NCBI GenBank assembly: GCA_027001995.1
Contig: JALTLO010000058.1
Coordinates: 14,175-30,191 of the forward strand
Reading direction: 5' to 3'
Source: Planctomycetota bacterium
GTDB lineage: Bacteria; Planctomycetota; GCA-002687715; DRQF01
Length of the DNA stretch: 16,017 nt
Shown in pieces: positions 12,912-16,017 of the stretch. How positions within the stretch are numbered: position 1 is the first letter of the stretch; every line of letters starts with the position of its first letter. The translations under genes and the position numbers were made by a program. The notes beneath the pieces were generated by a model. That model worked only from the letters and a program-made list of their open reading frames with translations, was not told the DNA's origin and did not search any database.

Positions 12912-15517
12912 CCCTGCCTAATGGCGCGCGTCACGCTCATGCGATTGATCTGCAGGATGGGATAAATCGACGCCAGAAGCGGTAGAAGAAGAGCGCCGGT
13001 GAGGGCTAGGGGAATCCAAATGCCCGCTGTGCGTTGGGGCAGGGTGAGCGCTGAGACTTGTTGCAGGGCTTCCACCACCAGGGGTGTCAACACAGACCCC
13101 AAGACCACGCCGATAACACCTCCCATGACCCCCACCAAACTGGCTTCCAAAAGAACCAGTTTTGCCATCTGCCAACGACTGGTGCCCAAAGCCTTGAGTA
13201 CACCCAACTCACGATTGCGCTCCAAAGCACTCAAGAGTTGTCCGTTTAAGATTCCCATGGCTCCCAAGGCCGCCGTCATCAAGATGATGATATCGAAGAG
13301 GAAGAAGTCTTTCGTGATGTCATAGACTGCATCTTTGGTGACCCGGTCGCCCGTAGTGAATTTCCAGCCTTTGGCTTGCGGCATGATTCCCACCAAGGAC
13401 TTGCGAATGCGAGTGAGAGCTTTGTCGGGGTTGACACCCTCTGTCAGCTTGACGGCGATGCGCGTGGTGACAGAGGAGTTGAGGCAGAAGTCTTTGAGCA
13501 TCCATTTTTGGTCAACGACACCGTAGATACGCTCGTCTGGATAGGGTTGAAAGCCGTAGGCATCATCAATGGCGATGACTTGGAAGTCTTCTACTTTGCC
13601 TTGACCGGTTCGAATGGGCACGTCATCCCCGATTTTGTAGTGTAGATCTTGAGCCAGTCGGCTTGAGAGGATGATGGTCCGGTCCTGGGTGAATTGCCGT
13701 CTGAGAACTGCATCTTGGAGGGGACCATAGTCAGAAACGTGCTCCCCGCGAATTCCACTTAGGAGGAAGGGAGCATAAGTGCGAATATCTCCAGGCTCGA
13801 CGGCGATGACTTCGTCGATTTTGAGTAGTTCGTTTTCGATCTTGTCCAAGGACTGACGATCGATGCCAATGACAAAAACTTTGTCTTGGATGGCCACTTG
13901 AGCCCATTCTTCGGTTTCGGCTCGCAAGCTGGCTGTCATCCCTTTGAGAGCGACGAAAGCCGCAGCCACCATGGCGATGACGATGACGGAAACTGCCAAA
14001 CGCAGAGGCTTCTTGTCGATATCGCGGCGGACGATGAGAGAGCTCAAGGGCAGAACACGGCGCAGGCGACCTAAAGCCCAAGAACCACCTCGTGCCAAGA
14101 TCCTTGGGGCCAACCAGGGCAAACCGATAAGAAGAGCGAAAAAGGCGACAGCCAAAAGGAGTGAACCGACCAGAGCTGGTTGAGCCTCTCCGACCACAGG
14201 CACGATTTTGAAGTAGAGGAAGGGAAGCGCCAAGGACAAGAGGAAAGCCGAGAAGATTCGAAATCCACGGGAACTCTCCTCTTGCTCTAAGCTGCGCTCT
14301 CCCCGAATGGCCTTTGAAACAGCACTTTTTCTCATCCGCAAAAGGGGAAAAACGCTGCCCAAGAGTGCCAAAGCTGAGCCAAGGATTGCCAGAGGCACGA
14401 TTTGCCCCCAGGGTACGTCGAATCCATGGATGTAGCGTCCGGCACCAAGAGTTGTGATACGGAAATTGAGGAGCAAGCGGCAAATGAGAATCCCTAACCC
14501 CAACCCCATGAGCCCGCCCAAGACCGAAAGGATGCTCGCTTCTGTGAAGAAGATACGCGCTATTTGCCCTCGGGAAGCGCCCAATGCTGTCAAGGTGGCG
14601 ATCTCTCTGCTTCTTTCAACCAAAGCGATCGACAAGACGTGAAAGATGACATAGAGCCCTAAACCGAGAGCCATCAATCCAGAGAAACGCACACCGTTTC
14701 GAAAGGCTCTTTCATCCGCAGCTTGGCCAATGACAACATCCTGATTGAGCTCATAGGAGAATGTCTTGCTCAAGCTCGATTGAAGTCGTTCTAAATCAAC
14801 GTCTTTTCTCTTCTTCAGCAGAAAGTCTCTTTGGGTGCCGACGTCGGAGTAGAGGCTGTCTGCTGCCAAGTAGTCGAGGATGATGACTTGGCCCCCAGCG
14901 CGCCGTCCCAACTTTTCTTGGGCCAAGATGCCGCGCACGACGAAGTCTTTCTCCTTGGGTGGAAGTACTTCCTTGGGCACCACCCTTTTGAATTTACCGT
15001 CAACGCAGAGCCTTTGGGCGCTTCTTCTTGGTCGCGCCAAGCGTATGGTATCGCCTACTTTGAAACCACGCTCTTCAGCAAAGGAATGCCCTAACAATGC
15101 GCCTGTTTCTCGGGTCTTGTCATCTAAGTCATTGCCGACCGCGATGCGATAGAACTGAAACAACTCGCTTTGCTTGGCCTCAAGAGCAAAGAGCAAGGCT
15201 CGCTCACTTGTCGTCTTGCCGGCCCCATCTTTGCTCATGATCTGAACTTGATTTTGGAAGAAGGCGGTGATGCCTTCGACTCCCGGAATGCCCTCAAGTT
15301 CTTTTCGGGGGTTTTCCTTGGAAGGGGAAGGGCTTACGCGCACATCCGCTCGCCATTCCGGTTGCCCAGGTTGGGACAAGCCCAGGATGGTGTTGTGATC
15401 AAGAGTGAAAATAGCCACCACAACGGCGATGCCCATGGCGATACCAGCGATGGCAAAAAACGTTCTTCCAGGGCGCTTAAGCAGGCTTCTGCGAGTGATA
15501 GTCGATACGAGGTTCAT
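12908..15517 (-). CDS. FtsX/MacB-type (type VII) ABC transporter permease with two internal repeats
   Basis: 869 aa made of two units of TM + periplasmic domain + FtsX TM module: RTFFAIAGIAMGIAVVVAI; ERSREIATLTALGAS..QIARIFFTEA; second unit RLAVSVIVIAM; ERNRELGVLKALGTS..QMAKLVLLEA. TAATG overlap with the upstream ATPase stop. Confidence 0.93.
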   Translation of the reverse strand: MNLVSTITRRSLLKRPGRTFFAIAGIAMGIAVVVAIFTLDHNTILGLSQPGQPEWRADVRVSPSPSKENPRKELEGIPGVEGITAFFQNQVQIMSKDGAGKTTSERALLFALEAKQSELFQFYRIAVGNDLDDKTRETGALLGHSFAEERGFKVGDTIRLARPRRSAQRLCVDGKFKRVVPKEVLPPKEKDFVVRGILAQEKLGRRAGGQVIILDYLAADSLYSDVGTQRDFLLKKRKDVDLERLQSSLSKTFSYELNQDVVIGQAADERAFRNGVRFSGLMALGLGLYVIFHVLSIALVERSREIATLTALGASRGQIARIFFTEASILSVLGGLMGLGLGILICRLLLNFRITTLGAGRYIHGFDVPWGQIVPLAILGSALALLGSVFPLLRMRKSAVSKAIRGERSLEQEESSRGFRIFSAFLLSLALPFLYFKIVPVVGEAQPALVGSLLLAVAFFALLIGLPWLAPRILARGGSWALGRLRRVLPLSSLIVRRDIDKKPLRLAVSVIVIAMVAAAFVALKGMTASLRAETEEWAQVAIQDKVFVIGIDRQSLDKIENELLKIDEVIAVEPGDIRTYAPFLLSGIRGEHVSDYGPLQDAVLRRQFTQDRTIILSSRLAQDLHYKIGDDVPIRTGQGKVEDFQVIAIDDAYGFQPYPDERIYGVVDQKWMLKDFCLNSSVTTRIAVKLTEGVNPDKALTRIRKSLVGIMPQAKGWKFTTGDRVTKDAVYDITKDFFLFDIIILMTAALGAMGILNGQLLSALERNRELGVLKALGTSRWQMAKLVLLEASLVGVMGGVIGVVLGSVLTPLVVEALQQVSALTLPQRTAGIWIPLALTGALLLPLLASIYPILQINRMSVTRAIRQG

Positions 15518-16017
15518 TAGATACTCAAGCTCGCAAGGGCCCGGTGAATGTTCTCAATGGTGATATTGTCGCCAGAGAGTTCGGCGTCTTTTGCCAGCTT
15601 CCCATCGACAAGGAAAAGAATGCGGTCGGCGAAAGCCGCGTCTCGAGGGTTGTGGGTGACCAAAAGGATGCTCTTATTCTCTTTTTTCGTCAGTTTCTGC
15701 AAGATGTTCATGACGTCCACCCCTGCTTGTTGACTCAGGTTACCCGTTGGTTCGTCGCAGAGTAAGAGGGGCTGCTCTCCACAGAGCGCTCGGGCAATGG
15801 AGGCTCTTTGCATCTCACCCCCTGAAAGTTCATGAGGCAGCGCGTTGGCTCTTTCCATGAGCCCCAGTTTTCTCAAGAGTTTGTCGACACGGTGATCGTG
15901 CTCGTCCGCCGATTTTCCCGCGATCGCCAAAGGCAAAGCGACGTTTTCTCGCAATGTGAGGTTGGGCATCAAGTTAAAGAATTGAAAAACTTGCCCAATT
16001 TGTTCACGCCGCCACAT
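15517..16017 (-). CDS. ABC transporter ATP-binding protein (LolD/MacB-like), 5'-truncated by the window edge
   Basis: Q-loop IGQVFQFFNLMP, signature LSGGEMQR, Walker B LLLCDEPTGNL, H-loop LVTHN. Walker A is absent, so the real start lies beyond 16017. Confidence 0.93.
   Translation of the reverse strand: MWRREQIGQVFQFFNLMPNLTLRENVALPLAIAGKSADEHDHRVDKLLRKLGLMERANALPHELSGGEMQRASIARALCGEQPLLLCDEPTGNLSQQAGVDVMNILQKLTKKENKSILLVTHNPRDAAFADRILFLVDGKLAKDAELSGDNITIENIHRALASLSI

Noticed and set aside
13731..14483. 250-aa alternative-frame ORF inside the ABC permease
   Set aside because: It is R/S/P-rich off-frame translation with no motifs, nested entirely within a well-supported gene.
16015..16017. 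ATG at the window edge as the ATPase start
   Set aside because: The protein would lack Walker A. This is an internal Met, and the gene begins outside the window.
1..16017. CRISPR arrays, tRNA/rRNA genes, IS/transposase, integrase or phage genes
   Set aside because: I saw no regularly spaced direct repeats, RNA-gene signatures or recombinase motifs. Nearly all of the sequence is accounted for by protein-coding genes, with a single intergenic gap of about 220 nt.

Overview
A gene-dense bacterial chromosomal window with three transcription units. (1) Minus strand, left end: two different predicted amide/peptide ligases. One is a RimK/glutathione-synthetase-like ATP-grasp protein (1257-2186). 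The other is a circularly permuted ATP-grasp (GSP-synthase-like) gene (2-1231) that the ORF track missed; it runs off the window edge. (2) Plus strand, divergent from (1): a complete, tightly coupled nine-gene Bat (Bacteroides aerotolerance-type) operon: moxR, DUF58/VWA, an extra TPR + parvulin (PrsA/SurA-like) foldase lipoprotein, an Ig-TM-helical lipoprotein, batA, batB, an unusually long batC carrying a duplicated helical insert, batD and batE. (3) Minus strand, convergent with batE: a MacB/FtsX-type double-repeat ABC permease and the 3' part of its LolD-like ATPase, whose D-loop Asp is replaced by Ser. I saw no RNA genes, CRISPR arrays or mobile elements. The most interesting signal is the foldase lipoprotein embedded in the Bat operon, which would fit the MoxR-Bat complex working as an envelope protein-folding or quality-control machine. 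All family calls come from motif recognition by eye; no database searches were run.
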